From contig NZ_CP008796.1 in NCBI RefSeq assembly GCF_000734015.1, positions 1,500,001-1,532,000 on the forward strand: DNA of 32,000 bases. The letters run 5' to 3'. Under the pieces are notes generated by a model, which had not been told where the DNA came from, did no database searches, and saw nothing but the letters and a program-made list of their open reading frames with translations. Below, one piece after another: positions 7,872 to 17,984 of the stretch. Both the position numbers and the translations under genes were made by a program. Source of the DNA: Thermodesulfobacterium commune DSM 2178 (GTDB lineage Bacteria; Desulfobacterota; Thermodesulfobacteria; Thermodesulfobacteriales; Thermodesulfobacteriaceae). Position 1 is the stretch's first letter; each line of letters begins with the position of its first letter.

Positions 7872-8918
7872 ATGAATATGTATTTTTTTAATTTAGACCG
7901 TAGACTTAGAGACCTTGTGATTAAGGTTCCCGCGATTCATTTTGAAGTGTTTGTCAGAGAAGCCTTTTTACTTTTTATGAAAGATGAAAACTTTAATCTC
8001 CTTCCAGTCATAAACTACGATGAATTCGTGGTAGGACAACTTCAGAGGAGGAGGTTTTTAGAGCATATCATTTTAGGAAAGTATGGATACGGAATCCATC
8101 TAAATGGGAATAAAAAGGTAAGAGATGTGATGGAACCCCCAGGTTTAACCCTTGAGGCTTCTAATACCATAGAAGAAGCTGCGATGCAACTACAAAATAG
8201 AACCTATCCTCATACTTATGATGACATAATCGTAGTAGAAAAAGGAAGGTATTTAGGGGTGGTATCGGTGTCTCTTTTGATAGAGGCCTTAGCTCAAAAA
8301 TCACTGATGCTTGCCAAAGATGCTAATCCTCTTACAGGCCTTCCTGGAAACTGGGCTATCAAAAATGTAATAGAAGAAAGAATATCAAAAATGGAAGATT
8401 TTGACGTAATCTACATAGACATAAACCATTTCAAACCTTTTAACGATAAATATGGATTCGCTAAGGGTGATGAGGTCATCATATCTCTTGGTGAAATAAT
8501 AAAAGAAACAGTAAATGGAAAGAAAAACACTTTTGTTGGCCACATCGGAGGGGATGATTTTATAGTAATATGCCCACCAGAGACTTCCTTAGAAATAGCA
8601 GAAAAGATTAAAGAAGAATTTGAAAAACTTTTGCCAGATTTTCATGGAAAAGACTTTTTAACTGGATATTATCTTTCTAAAGACAGAGAGGGTAAAGAAA
8701 AAAACTTCCCTCTCCTTTCTCTAACCTTTGCCATAGTAAGTAGCACTAACAGGAAAATAACCTCTTATGCCCATTTAGCTTCTATAGCCTCAGAGGTCAA
8801 AGCTAAAGCTAAGAGTATGGCAAGAGAGGCAAAAAATTCTGTAATCTTTAAGGATAGAAGAAAAGACAAGACTACGGAGGTTAGCTTTTATGAACGAAAC
8901 GAACTTTTTTCTTCTTGA
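7872..8918 (+). CDS. CBS-domain diguanylate cyclase (GGDEF domain with GGDDF signature)
   Basis: N-terminal CBS-like pair, then NPLTGLPGN, DINHFKPFNDKYGF..GD, and HIGGDDF, the hallmarks of a GGDEF-domain palm. Confidence 0.85.
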   Translation: MNMYFFNLDRRLRDLVIKVPAIHFEVFVREAFLLFMKDENFNLLPVINYDEFVVGQLQRRRFLEHIILGKYGYGIHLNGNKKVRDVMEPPGLTLEASNTIEEAAMQLQNRTYPHTYDDIIVVEKGRYLGVVSVSLLIEALAQKSLMLAKDANPLTGLPGNWAIKNVIEERISKMEDFDVIYIDINHFKPFNDKYGFAKGDEVIISLGEIIKETVNGKKNTFVGHIGGDDFIVICPPETSLEIAEKIKEEFEKLLPDFHGKDFLTGYYLSKDREGKEKNFPLLSLTFAIVSSTNRKITSYAHLASIASEVKAKAKSMAREAKNSVIFKDRRKDKTTEVSFYERNELFSS

Positions 8919-9714
8919 AAGTCATCTTGATATTTACCTTCAACCTGTAGTAAATCTTGACACAGGGAAGGTGTTAGGGTTTGAAGCTTTAGTAAGAGGT
9001 ATTAATCAAGAAAAAAACCTAATCATCCCTCCTAACGTGCTTTTTGAATTAGCTAAAAAACAGGGAGTTCTGATAGAATTTGATCGTACCTGTAAAGCAC
9101 TGGCTATGAAAAAATTCAAAGAATTTGGGTTAGAACGGGACTTTTTACTCTTTCTCAACGTTAACAGCGAAACGATCGACCTTGGACTTGCAGGAACTAA
9201 CTGGATTAAGAAAAAGGCTAAATACTATGGGATAAGCCCTGAAAGTATCGTAGTGGAAATAAGCGAGGCTAAAATTGCACATACTGAAAAACTGGTATCT
9301 TTTGTAGAAAAGTACTTAAGTTATGGATTTTTAATAGCTCTTGATGACTTTGGGGTTAGGCATTCAAATTTAGAGAGGTTAGTACTTCTTGATATACATT
9401 ATGTAAAATTAGCCAAACCCTTTATTCAAGACCTAAATAACTTCAAAAAGAAACAAAAACTTTTAGAGGTAATGTATATCTTAAGTCAAAAAATAGGCTT
9501 TTTTGTCGTTGCAGAAGGAGTAGAAACCTGGGAGGAAGCTCTTTTCTTAAAAGCTCAAAAAATTCCCTTAGCCCAGGGATATCTTTTTGCCCATCCCAAT
9601 CCTAACCCTAAAGAGGCTCTCTTCTTAGCAGAAAAGAGACTTAGAGAATTAGAAAGGATAGGGGCTAATCCGCAACCATTAGGATTAATTAACCCTCTAT
9701 TTCCATCTCCTTGA
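8890..9714 (+). CDS. EAL-domain c-di-GMP phosphodiesterase (stand-alone)
   Basis: LQPVV..GFEALVR, NVN, EISE, LDDFG, VKLAK, AEGVE and AQGYLF motifs are all present, indicating catalytic competence. It overlaps the GGDEF gene by 29 nt. Confidence 0.85.
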   Translation: MNETNFFLLESHLDIYLQPVVNLDTGKVLGFEALVRGINQEKNLIIPPNVLFELAKKQGVLIEFDRTCKALAMKKFKEFGLERDFLLFLNVNSETIDLGLAGTNWIKKKAKYYGISPESIVVEISEAKIAHTEKLVSFVEKYLSYGFLIALDDFGVRHSNLERLVLLDIHYVKLAKPFIQDLNNFKKKQKLLEVMYILSQKIGFFVVAEGVETWEEALFLKAQKIPLAQGYLFAHPNPNPKEALFLAEKRLRELERIGANPQPLGLINPLFPSP

Positions 9715-10422
9715 AGGAACATCTTCTATCGTATCCTTTCGGACAAAAAGTACCTTGATGGTTTCATACTCACTAAAAGCTTCTTTTACCATGTTCTCTA
9801 CATCTGATAATATCTTACTCACCTGAAACCTTACCATTACATCCTTAAGGTTTGTATCGTGGCTTAACAAAAACAGAGCATCCCACATTATGATACTTGA
9901 AATTTTAGCCCCTATCTTGTTATTAAGCACATCTCTTATGCTTTTAATGTCATCCACACAACCGATAAGAGCTCCCATAAGATAAGGGGCAAAATATACC
10001 CCTGAAACCAAAGTATAAAACCTGAAGATATCAGTCTCAGTTATAATCCCAACTACCCTGAGATTTCTATCTACCACAGGTAGGCCTGAAACTTTATTTT
10101 CAAGCATGATGACAGAGGCCTTTTCTATGGTTTCATCTGGATAGGTATATATAGGATCTTTGGTCATAACTTGTTTTATTGGAATATTTTTTAACTCCTG
10201 AAAAAATTCATCAAACCTGGGATCTTTGATGATGTCTTTAGCTTTATAAGGAAGTAATCCTTTTATGTCGGTAAGGGTTATGATACCGGTAAGTTTACCA
10301 TTCTTAGTAATAGGGATCTTCCTAAAGGTTTTAAAATCTTCTAAAATCTTAAAAGCTTTTTCTAAGGTTTCATCTTCTTCTAAGGTTACTACATTTTCTG
10401 TCATCCAATCTTTAACAAGCAT
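9697..10422 (-). CDS. CBS-pair domain protein (AcuB-like, with a C-terminal ACT-like region)
   Basis: Two CBS repeats (VVTLEEDETL..ITLTDI and VMTKDPIYTYPDETIEKASVIMLENKVSGLPVVD..GIITETDI). Its 3' end overlaps the convergent EAL gene by 18 nt. Confidence 0.8.
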   Translation of the reverse strand: MLVKDWMTENVVTLEEDETLEKAFKILEDFKTFRKIPITKNGKLTGIITLTDIKGLLPYKAKDIIKDPRFDEFFQELKNIPIKQVMTKDPIYTYPDETIEKASVIMLENKVSGLPVVDRNLRVVGIITETDIFRFYTLVSGVYFAPYLMGALIGCVDDIKSIRDVLNNKIGAKISSIIMWDALFLLSHDTNLKDVMVRFQVSKILSDVENMVKEAFSEYETIKVLFVRKDTIEDVPSRRWK

Positions 10423-10471
10423 TCTAACCCCCTTTGTGTTAAATTTTTAAAAATCTTTGCTATATACTTTT

Positions 10472-10499
10472 ATTATAGGAATCTAACCGACTGAATCAA
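10472..10499 (-). promoter_or_regulatory. candidate sigma70-type promoter for the CBS-pair gene
   Basis: On the minus strand: TTGATT (10499-10494), 16-nt spacer, TATAAT (10477-10472), about 50 nt upstream of the ATG with an AAGGGGG RBS. Confidence 0.45.
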
Positions 10500-10553
10500 G
10501 AGGTTTTTGTAACTTTTTTATGAAAAAATATTTTTGGTGAGTTTTTATTTTAT

Positions 10554-13500
10554 TTATGATTCTGTAAAGACCAGTTTTATCTGAGGAAAGTTATCAAAAA
10601 GTAAGGAGATATTTTCCTGAGAAAGTAAAAGCTTGTCTCCGTTTATCTCAAAGTTTACGATGGCATCAGGATAGGTGATCTGAAGGCGGAAAGGGAAAGT
10701 ATTCGTTTCTTCTTTAGTAACAAAGGTCTTCAAAAATTCTAAAAATTGTCTGTTTGCTAAGGTGTGAGGTACACAAACATTAACCACTCCTTCCTTAAAA
10801 AATCTAAAATCATTAAAAGGAGCAAGGTCTTCTACTAAAAGGGTTAAGGAATCCTCATCTCTGTCTACGGCAACTCTAAACCAGAGAATAGATCCTTCGG
10901 ACATTACAGAAAAGTTTTGTTTGTAAAGATTCGGAAAAACCAGAGCTCTTTCCGAAGAAAACTCGTCTTCTATCGTAAGAATAGCCATCTTATCCCCGTT
11001 TTTTGTCTGCTTAAGCTTTATCTCTGAAATCAACCCCAGTAACACTACCTGCGCGCCGTCTTCTACTTGAGAAAGATTTTCTAAGTTGTAAGGGGTAAAC
11101 ACTTCTATAAAACGCCGGAGTCGTTTTACTGGATGGTCTGAAAGATAAAAACCAAGGCTTTCTTTTTCAAAAGCAAGCTTTGTTTCTAAATCCCACTCAG
11201 GTACTTCTTCTAAGGTATAAGAAGTAGACGGATTTAAAAGGGTGGCTTGCCCAAAAAGAGAAGAAAATTTGGTTTGGGTGGTAACAGAGAGGATCGAAGG
11301 AAGATTATGCATTAGCTTAGCTCTGTTTTGGTCTAAGCTATCAAAAGCACCAGCTTTTATCAAAGCTTCTATAGTTTTGCGGTTTACTTTTTTGGTGTCT
11401 ACTTTATTGCAAAAATCCCAAAAAGAACTATAAGGACGTTTGTTAATAATCTCGTTTACTGCCTCTTCCCCTACGTTTTTTACTGCTTGAAGCCCTACTC
11501 TAATAGCTCCTTGTTCTACAGTGAAGCCTACATCACTTAAATTTATATCTGGAGGAAGAATAGGTATCCCCATTTCATTGGCTACAGAGATATATTTACT
11601 TACCTCTTCTCTTTTATCAACCTCGTAAGTAAGGATAGAAGCCATAAAGTAAACAGGGTAGTGGGCTTTTAGATAAGCTGTCTGATAAGCCACTAAAGCA
11701 TAAGCTGCCGAATGGCTTTTGTTAAATCCGTAGTCAGCAAATTTTTCTATAAGATCAAATACCTTTTGAGCGATGTCTTCAGGAATTCCTCTATCTACAG
11801 ACCTTTTAACAAACTCTTCTTTTAGGCTTTCCATCAACTCTTTTTCTTTTTTTCCAATAGCACGCCTAAGAAGGTCAGCTTCCCCCAGAGTATATCCAGC
11901 CATCACCTGGGCTATTTGCATAACCTGTTCTTGATAAACGATTACCCCGTAGGTTTCTTTTAAAATAGGCTCTAAAAGTGGATGTAGATATTCTGGCTTC
12001 CTTCTTCCATGTTTGGTTTCGATATACTGGTCTACCAGCCCACCCTCTAAGGGACCAGGACGATAAAGAGCTAAAACTGCGATAAGGTCGTTAAAGTCGG
12101 AGGGTTTAAGCCTTCTTAAAAGGTCTTTCATTCCTTGAGATTCTAATTGAAAGACTCCGTCAGTTTCGCCTGCCCTTAACAGTTCAAACGTTTTGGGGTC
12201 ATCAAGAGGGATCCGATTTAAATCTAAGTCTATCCCCTCATATTTTTTGATAAGTTTAAGGGTTTTATCTATGATGGTAAGGGTTTTAAGCCCTAAGAAA
12301 TCAAACTTAATAAGGCCAACAGCTTCGCAGGCCTTCATATCAAACTGAACAACTATTTCATTTTCCTCGACCTTCATCAAAGGAGCTGTCTCTATGATGG
12401 GTTTACCTGAAATAATAACTCCTGCTGCATGCTGACTTGCATGTCTTGGAAGGCCTTCAAGTTTTTTAGCCAGGGTAAAGAGTTTCTTTATCTCTTCATT
12501 TTTTTGCATAAGTTCTTGAAACTCTGGCCTTTCAAGTTCTTTTTCTAAAGACACATCAATCCCTGGACTTATCATTTTAGCGATAGGGTCTATCTCCTTA
12601 GGTTTAAAACCAAGGACTCGTCCTACGTCTCTCACTACTTGTCTTGCTTTTAACTGACCAAAGGTAGCAATTTTAGCGATATACTCTCTCCCATAAGTCT
12701 GAGCTACATATTCTATCACTTCGTCTCTTCTTTCTTTGCAAAAGTCAACGTCTATATCAGGAAGACTAGGACGTTCTTTGTTTAAAAACCTTTCAAAAAG
12801 AAGGCCCCATCTGATAGGATCAAGGTTGGTAATTCCTAAGGCATAAGAGGTGAGGGCTCCAGCAGCAGACCCTCTTCCTGGCCCAACAGGTATCCCTTTT
12901 GACCGTGCCCATTCTATAAAATCACAAACGATAAGAAAATAACTGGCATAACCTTTTTCGATGATAACCTCTAACTCCTCTTCCAATCTTTGACGATAAA
13001 CCTCCTTTTCGGCAGCAAGTTGTCCTGTTTCTTCTAACTCAGATAGTCTTTTTTCAAGACCCTCTCTAGCCTTTTTGCTAAAATAACTCTCGGCAGTTTC
13101 TCCTTCAGGAACTTTAGCCTTGGGGAAAAGGACTTCTCCTGTTTTAAGTTCTAAATTTACCTTTTCAAAAACCTCCAAGCTATTGGTAAGCACCTCCGAA
13201 GGCAGGTCTTGAAACCTTTTGGCCATATCTTCCGCACTTGCTAAATAGAGCATATCAGTGTTAAACTTGAACCGGTCTGGGTCAGAAAGCTTGTGTCCTG
13301 TTTGAATACAGAGCAACACCTCATGAGCCAAAGCGTCTTCTTTGTCTAAATAATGACAATCTGCAGTAGCTACACATTTTATTTTGAGTTTTTCTGCTAT
13401 CTCTAAGATTTTTTGGTTACAGACTTCCTGTTCTGAAAGACCATTTCGCTGGACTTCAAGATAAAAATCCTCCTTAAACAAGTCTTTATACCACTTAGCT

Positions 13501-13976
13501 ACCTCTATAGCTTTGTCAATCTGGTTAAAAAGGATAAGCTTAGGGATCTCCCCTTCTAAACAGGCAGAAAGGGCTATTAGCCCTTCGTGATGTTTAACCA
13601 AAAGTTCTTTATCTATCCTGGGCCTATAGTAAAAACCTTCTAAATAGGCTTTAGAGGCAAGTTTGATTAAATTTTTATATCCTACCTCATCTTTGGCTAA
13701 AAGAACCAGATGATGTCCTGCCTCTCCGCGCTTAGCAACCTTTTTATCAAATCTTGAATTTTCTGCTACGTAGAACTCGCATCCGATAATAGGCTTTAAA
13801 CCTGCTTCTTTTAAAGCCTTGTAAAAATGAATGATTCCATATAAAGTGCCATGGTCGGTGATAGCGCAGCCAGGAAGCTGATAGTCTAAGAGCCTATTTA
13901 CTAAGTCTTTAATACGGATAGCACCGTCAAGGAGACTCCATTCAGTATGAAGATGAAGGTGAACAAACTCCCCCAT
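10554..13976 (-). CDS. dnaE: DNA polymerase III alpha subunit
   Basis: 1140 aa. N-terminal PHP domain (HLHLHTEWSLLDGA), polymerase core (PDIDVDF), FNKSHSAAYA motif and a C-terminal OB region. Confidence 0.95.
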   Translation of the reverse strand: MGEFVHLHLHTEWSLLDGAIRIKDLVNRLLDYQLPGCAITDHGTLYGIIHFYKALKEAGLKPIIGCEFYVAENSRFDKKVAKRGEAGHHLVLLAKDEVGYKNLIKLASKAYLEGFYYRPRIDKELLVKHHEGLIALSACLEGEIPKLILFNQIDKAIEVAKWYKDLFKEDFYLEVQRNGLSEQEVCNQKILEIAEKLKIKCVATADCHYLDKEDALAHEVLLCIQTGHKLSDPDRFKFNTDMLYLASAEDMAKRFQDLPSEVLTNSLEVFEKVNLELKTGEVLFPKAKVPEGETAESYFSKKAREGLEKRLSELEETGQLAAEKEVYRQRLEEELEVIIEKGYASYFLIVCDFIEWARSKGIPVGPGRGSAAGALTSYALGITNLDPIRWGLLFERFLNKERPSLPDIDVDFCKERRDEVIEYVAQTYGREYIAKIATFGQLKARQVVRDVGRVLGFKPKEIDPIAKMISPGIDVSLEKELERPEFQELMQKNEEIKKLFTLAKKLEGLPRHASQHAAGVIISGKPIIETAPLMKVEENEIVVQFDMKACEAVGLIKFDFLGLKTLTIIDKTLKLIKKYEGIDLDLNRIPLDDPKTFELLRAGETDGVFQLESQGMKDLLRRLKPSDFNDLIAVLALYRPGPLEGGLVDQYIETKHGRRKPEYLHPLLEPILKETYGVIVYQEQVMQIAQVMAGYTLGEADLLRRAIGKKEKELMESLKEEFVKRSVDRGIPEDIAQKVFDLIEKFADYGFNKSHSAAYALVAYQTAYLKAHYPVYFMASILTYEVDKREEVSKYISVANEMGIPILPPDINLSDVGFTVEQGAIRVGLQAVKNVGEEAVNEIINKRPYSSFWDFCNKVDTKKVNRKTIEALIKAGAFDSLDQNRAKLMHNLPSILSVTTQTKFSSLFGQATLLNPSTSYTLEEVPEWDLETKLAFEKESLGFYLSDHPVKRLRRFIEVFTPYNLENLSQVEDGAQVVLLGLISEIKLKQTKNGDKMAILTIEDEFSSERALVFPNLYKQNFSVMSEGSILWFRVAVDRDEDSLTLLVEDLAPFNDFRFFKEGVVNVCVPHTLANRQFLEFLKTFVTKEETNTFPFRLQITYPDAIVNFEINGDKLLLSQENISLLFDNFPQIKLVFTES

Positions 13977-13999
13977 AAGGCTACGTTCAAAAAAATAAA

Positions 14000-14521
14000 C
14001 TATTCAGTAGGGGTTAAAAAAAGCTGATTTAAGTCTAAAGGTCTCTGGCCAAGCTCTTTATCTAAATAAAAAAGGGCTTGAGGGTCGTTTTTTATAAGTT
14101 TTAGTTTAGAGAGGATAGTTTTAAAAGAGGCTTCTTCTTCTACTTGTTCGTTTACAAACCACTGAAGGAAATTATCGGTTGCGTAATCTTCCAGTTTTTT
14201 AGCTAAACTTACCAGTTGGTTTATTCTTTTGGTTACTTCTTTTTCGTGATTATAGGCAAACTCAAAAACAGCTTCAGGGGAATCCCACTTGTTAGGCGGT
14301 GCTGGAATTTCTTGTAAAATCACTTTACCATCCCTTTCTACGACAAACTTGTAAAATTTCATCGCATGCATAAACTCTTCTGCTGTCTGAGCCTTCATCC
14401 ATTTAGAAAACCCATCTAACCCTAAATCGTCAAAATAGGCTGCCATAGAAAGATATAAGTACCCTGAATAAATTTCCCACTTAATCTGTTCGTTTAAGGC
14501 TGCCTCGATTTCTTTTTTCAT
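14000..14521 (-). CDS. ftn: non-heme ferritin
   Basis: 173 aa. The ferroxidase-centre pattern is present (E..Y, EEFMHAMKF, NEQVEEE). AGGAGGAAA RBS. Confidence 0.85.
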   Translation of the reverse strand: MKKEIEAALNEQIKWEIYSGYLYLSMAAYFDDLGLDGFSKWMKAQTAEEFMHAMKFYKFVVERDGKVILQEIPAPPNKWDSPEAVFEFAYNHEKEVTKRINQLVSLAKKLEDYATDNFLQWFVNEQVEEEASFKTILSKLKLIKNDPQALFYLDKELGQRPLDLNQLFLTPTE

Positions 14522-14552
14522 AGGAATTTCCTCCTTTTTAGCTTTATATATT

Positions 14553-15932
14553 TTAAACCTTTCTTAACCTTACGGCAAAAAATCCATCTAATCCGTGTTT
14601 ATGGGGAAAGGTTCTTAAGTATTTATTTTCTACACAGAGTTCTTTTACTTTTTCTGGACAGGTTTTGCTAAGCACTTTAGCAGGATCTTCCAGCATAAAC
14701 TCTGGATGGGACTGTAAAAACCTTTCTATTATCTGTTCGTTTTCTTCAGGCTCTAAACTACAGGTTGCATATACCATTATACCACCTTTTTTAAGAAAAG
14801 GGGCTAACCCTTCAAGAAGTCTTAATTGCCTTTCGGGTACCCTTAAAAAATCTTCCTCAGTACGAGCCCATTTAACGTCTGGATGTTTTCTTATCACTCC
14901 CGTTCCAGTGCAAGGAGCATCTATTAAAATATAATCAAAAAAAGGAGGTTGCAACTCTTTAAGCTTTTCTACCACATCCCCCACAAATACCTTAGGAAGT
15001 TTTAAACCTAATCTTTGAAAATTCTCTTTTAGTTTTTCCAACCTCCATTCATAGAGGTCAAAAGCCCAGATGGTACCTTTATCCTGCATAAGCTCCGCCA
15101 TATGAGTGGTTTTACCTCCCACCCCTGCACAGGCATCAAGAACCTTAGCCCCTGGTTTGGGATTTAACAAAAACCCTACCAGCTGGCTAGCTGAATCCTG
15201 CACACTTATCCAGCCGAAATGATAAGGTTTAAGTTCAGAGATCTTTCCTCTAAAACCTTCTAATACGATCCCTGAAGGTGAATAAGGACAAGGTTTAGCT
15301 GTAGGCACTTCGTCTTTTTGCAAATACACCAAAAGACTGTCTCGAGAAACTCTTAAAGTATTAACCCTTATTACTAAAGGGGACCTTTCGTTGCTTGCAC
15401 GCAGCAAAGCCTCAGTTTCTTCTCTCCCAAACCTTTGAAGCCACCTTTTTACCAACCATTCAGGAAAGGAATATTTTACTGAAAGATAATATACCTCATT
15501 AAAATCAGGGGGTTCTGGTAAGTTATCTTTATTCTCAAGCACTTTATGTAATACTGCATTTACCAGCCCTCTTATCCAGGCCCCTCTCCTTCTTGCAGAA
15601 AGGATTTTAAGACTTTCTGCTATAGCTACTCTTTCTGGGATCCGGGTGTAAAGAAGTTGATAAGCACCTAAACGAAGTATATTTCTGACCTCTGGGTCCA
15701 TTTTTTCTAAAGGATGTTCAGAAAACCTTGCAAGGATAAAATCAAGATAATAGAGATGTCTAACCACTCCATTTACCAGTTCACTCACCAAAGCTCTGTC
15801 CCTTTCATCTGGCAACACACTTTTAGTAAGAACCTGTGAGAGGACCTCATCTAAAAGAGGTTTCCCTTTTTCCCAGCGAATAAGAATTTTTAAAGCTACT
15901 GCTCTTGGGTTGGTTTTCGATAGTCTTGGCAT
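14553..15932 (-). CDS. rsmB: 16S rRNA (cytosine967-C5)-methyltransferase
   Basis: N-terminal NusB-like domain, SAM site DACAGVGGKT, and the catalytic DAPCTGTG and ATCS motifs. Confidence 0.88.
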   Translation of the reverse strand: MPRLSKTNPRAVALKILIRWEKGKPLLDEVLSQVLTKSVLPDERDRALVSELVNGVVRHLYYLDFILARFSEHPLEKMDPEVRNILRLGAYQLLYTRIPERVAIAESLKILSARRRGAWIRGLVNAVLHKVLENKDNLPEPPDFNEVYYLSVKYSFPEWLVKRWLQRFGREETEALLRASNERSPLVIRVNTLRVSRDSLLVYLQKDEVPTAKPCPYSPSGIVLEGFRGKISELKPYHFGWISVQDSASQLVGFLLNPKPGAKVLDACAGVGGKTTHMAELMQDKGTIWAFDLYEWRLEKLKENFQRLGLKLPKVFVGDVVEKLKELQPPFFDYILIDAPCTGTGVIRKHPDVKWARTEEDFLRVPERQLRLLEGLAPFLKKGGIMVYATCSLEPEENEQIIERFLQSHPEFMLEDPAKVLSKTCPEKVKELCVENKYLRTFPHKHGLDGFFAVRLRKV

Positions 15933-15953
15933 GGTGCTAAAATTATAAAATCG

Positions 15954-17960
15954 TTATTCCCACTGAAGGGCCATTTGTTTTAAGGTAAAAAGCCTGTCCC
16001 TCAAGACCGCGGCTTTCTCAAACTCGTAATTTTTGGCTGCTTCTTTCATTTCTTTTTCTACCCTTGCTATCTCCTGTTTTAGAGCTTCCAAGCTCTCAAA
16101 ACTTTCAGAGATCTCGATTACCTTTTCTAAATCTACAAAATCTGCTTCTACTATTTTCATCAGAGGATCATCTAAGGATTTTACCACAGTTTGGGGAATA
16201 ATACCATGCTTTTTATTATATTCCTCCTGAATTTTACGCCTCCGTTCTGTTTCTTTTACGGCTTTTTCTATAGCAGGGGTTATGGTTTGAGCGTAAAGAA
16301 TGGCTGTCCCGTTTACGTTTCTTGAAGCCCTTCCTATCATCTGGATAAGACTTCTCTCAGAACGCAAAAAACCCTCTTTGTCTGCATCCAAAATAGCAAT
16401 CAGAGAAACCTCTGGTAAGTCTAACCCTTCTCTCAAAAGGTTTATCCCTATAAGGACGTCATAAACCCCTCTTCGTAAATCTCTTATTATTCTTGCCCTT
16501 TCAAGGGTCTTTAAGTCAGAATGCATATAACAAGCCTTAATACCAAGGCCTTGATAATAGTCTGTAAGCTCTTCAGCCATTCTTTTAGTAAGGGTACACA
16601 CAAGAACCCTTTCGTTTTTTTCTACCCGCTTTTTTATTTCAAAAAACAGGTCTTCCACCTGATTTTCAGAAGGTCTGATCTCTACCTTAGGGTCAAGAAG
16701 CCCTGTAGGACGAATGATTTGCTCTATTACTCTCCCCTGTGCTTTTTCGAGTTCATACTCCCCTGGGGTAGCAGAGACATAGATTACCTGATTAACCCTT
16801 TCTTCAAACTCTTCAAACGTCAAAGGACGGTTATCAAGAGCTGAAGGTAGTCTAAAACCATATTCTACCAAGGTTTCCTTTCTGCTACGATCACCTCGAT
16901 ACATTCCTCTTAACTGAGGGATGGTTATATGGCTTTCGTCTATGAAGATCAAAAAATCATCTGGAAAGTAGTCAAGCAAGGTATAAGGAGGCTCTCCTGT
17001 TTTTCTTCCGTCTAAATACCTGCTGTAGTTTTCGATCCCTTTGCAATAACCTATCTCTTCTAAAAGTTCGAGATCATACAAGGTTCTTTTCTCAAGTCTT
17101 TCTGCATAAAGATATTGACCTTGCGACCTAAACCATTCAACCCGCTCTTTTAGTTCCTTTTTTATCTCCTCTATAGCTACCTTTAATTTGTCCTCTGAAG
17201 TAACATAGTGGCTTGCAGGGAAGATAAGCACCTCATCTACCTTACCTAATACCTTCCCTCTAAAGGGATCTATGATTTTTATCTCTTCTACTTCATTTCC
17301 CCAGAGAGAGAGCCTTACTGCACGTTTTTCTTCGTTTGCAGGAAAAATCTCTATTATATCCCCTCTTACCCTAAAGGTTGCTCTGGTAAACTCAAGCTCA
17401 GTCCTTTCATAATGCATCGTAACCAGCGCCCTTAACAACTCGTCCCGGGAGATGGTTTGTCCGCGTCTTAAATAAAGATGTTTTTGAAAATACTCATGAG
17501 GCGAACCTAAGCCGTAGATACAGGATACACTGGCAACGACAATCACGTCTCTTCTTGAAAGTACCGCGGCTGTAGCCGAATGCCTTAAACGGTCGATCAA
17601 CTCGTTGATAGAAGCATCTTTTTCTATGTAGGTATCTGTAACCGGAACATAAGCCTCAGGCTGGTAATAATCATAATAAGAAACAAAATACTCTACCGCG
17701 TTTTCAGGGAAGAGTTTTTTAAACTCGTTATAAAGTTGAGCTGCCAAGGTTTTGTTAGGGGCAATCACTAAGGTAGGTCTACCTACCTGAGCGATAACAT
17801 TAGCCATGGTAAAGGTTTTACCTGAACCAGTAACCCCTAAAAGTACCTGATGTTTCTCCCCTCTAAGAACCCCTTCTACCAGCTCTTTTATAGCCTGTGG
17901 CTGATCTCCCTTAGGCTCTACCTCAGCTTTTAATCTAAAGTTAGCCTTTTTTCTCTCCAT
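15954..17960 (-). CDS. uvrB: excinuclease ABC subunit B
   Basis: Walker [15 protein letters not shown] box, helicase motifs, and a C-terminal UVR domain ([11 protein letters not shown]). Confidence 0.95.
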   Translation of the reverse strand: MERKKANFRLKAEVEPKGDQPQAIKELVEGVLRGEKHQVLLGVTGSGKTFTMANVIAQVGRPTLVIAPNKTLAAQLYNEFKKLFPENAVEYFVSYYDYYQPEAYVPVTDTYIEKDASINELIDRLRHSATAAVLSRRDVIVVASVSCIYGLGSPHEYFQKHLYLRRGQTISRDELLRALVTMHYERTELEFTRATFRVRGDIIEIFPANEEKRAVRLSLWGNEVEEIKIIDPFRGKVLGKVDEVLIFPASHYVTSEDKLKVAIEEIKKELKERVEWFRSQGQYLYAERLEKRTLYDLELLEEIGYCKGIENYSRYLDGRKTGEPPYTLLDYFPDDFLIFIDESHITIPQLRGMYRGDRSRKETLVEYGFRLPSALDNRPLTFEEFEERVNQVIYVSATPGEYELEKAQGRVIEQIIRPTGLLDPKVEIRPSENQVEDLFFEIKKRVEKNERVLVCTLTKRMAEELTDYYQGLGIKACYMHSDLKTLERARIIRDLRRGVYDVLIGINLLREGLDLPEVSLIAILDADKEGFLRSERSLIQMIGRASRNVNGTAILYAQTITPAIEKAVKETERRRKIQEEYNKKHGIIPQTVVKSLDDPLMKIVEADFVDLEKVIEISESFESLEALKQEIARVEKEMKEAAKNYEFEKAAVLRDRLFTLKQMALQWE

Positions 17961-17984
17961 ACCCTTCCTACCTGAGACAACCCT

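Noticed and set aside
1640-17000. Short antisense or alternate-frame ORFs nested in well-supported genes (1640-1834, 2365-2592, 3347-3535, 4207-4503, 4319-4552, 4488-4751, 6050-6247, 6208-6426, 10265-10450, 11242-11433, 14665-14934, 16033-16230, 16521-16844)
   Set aside because: All lie entirely within longer ORFs that carry clear family motifs. They lack ribosome-binding sites and have no recognisable motifs.
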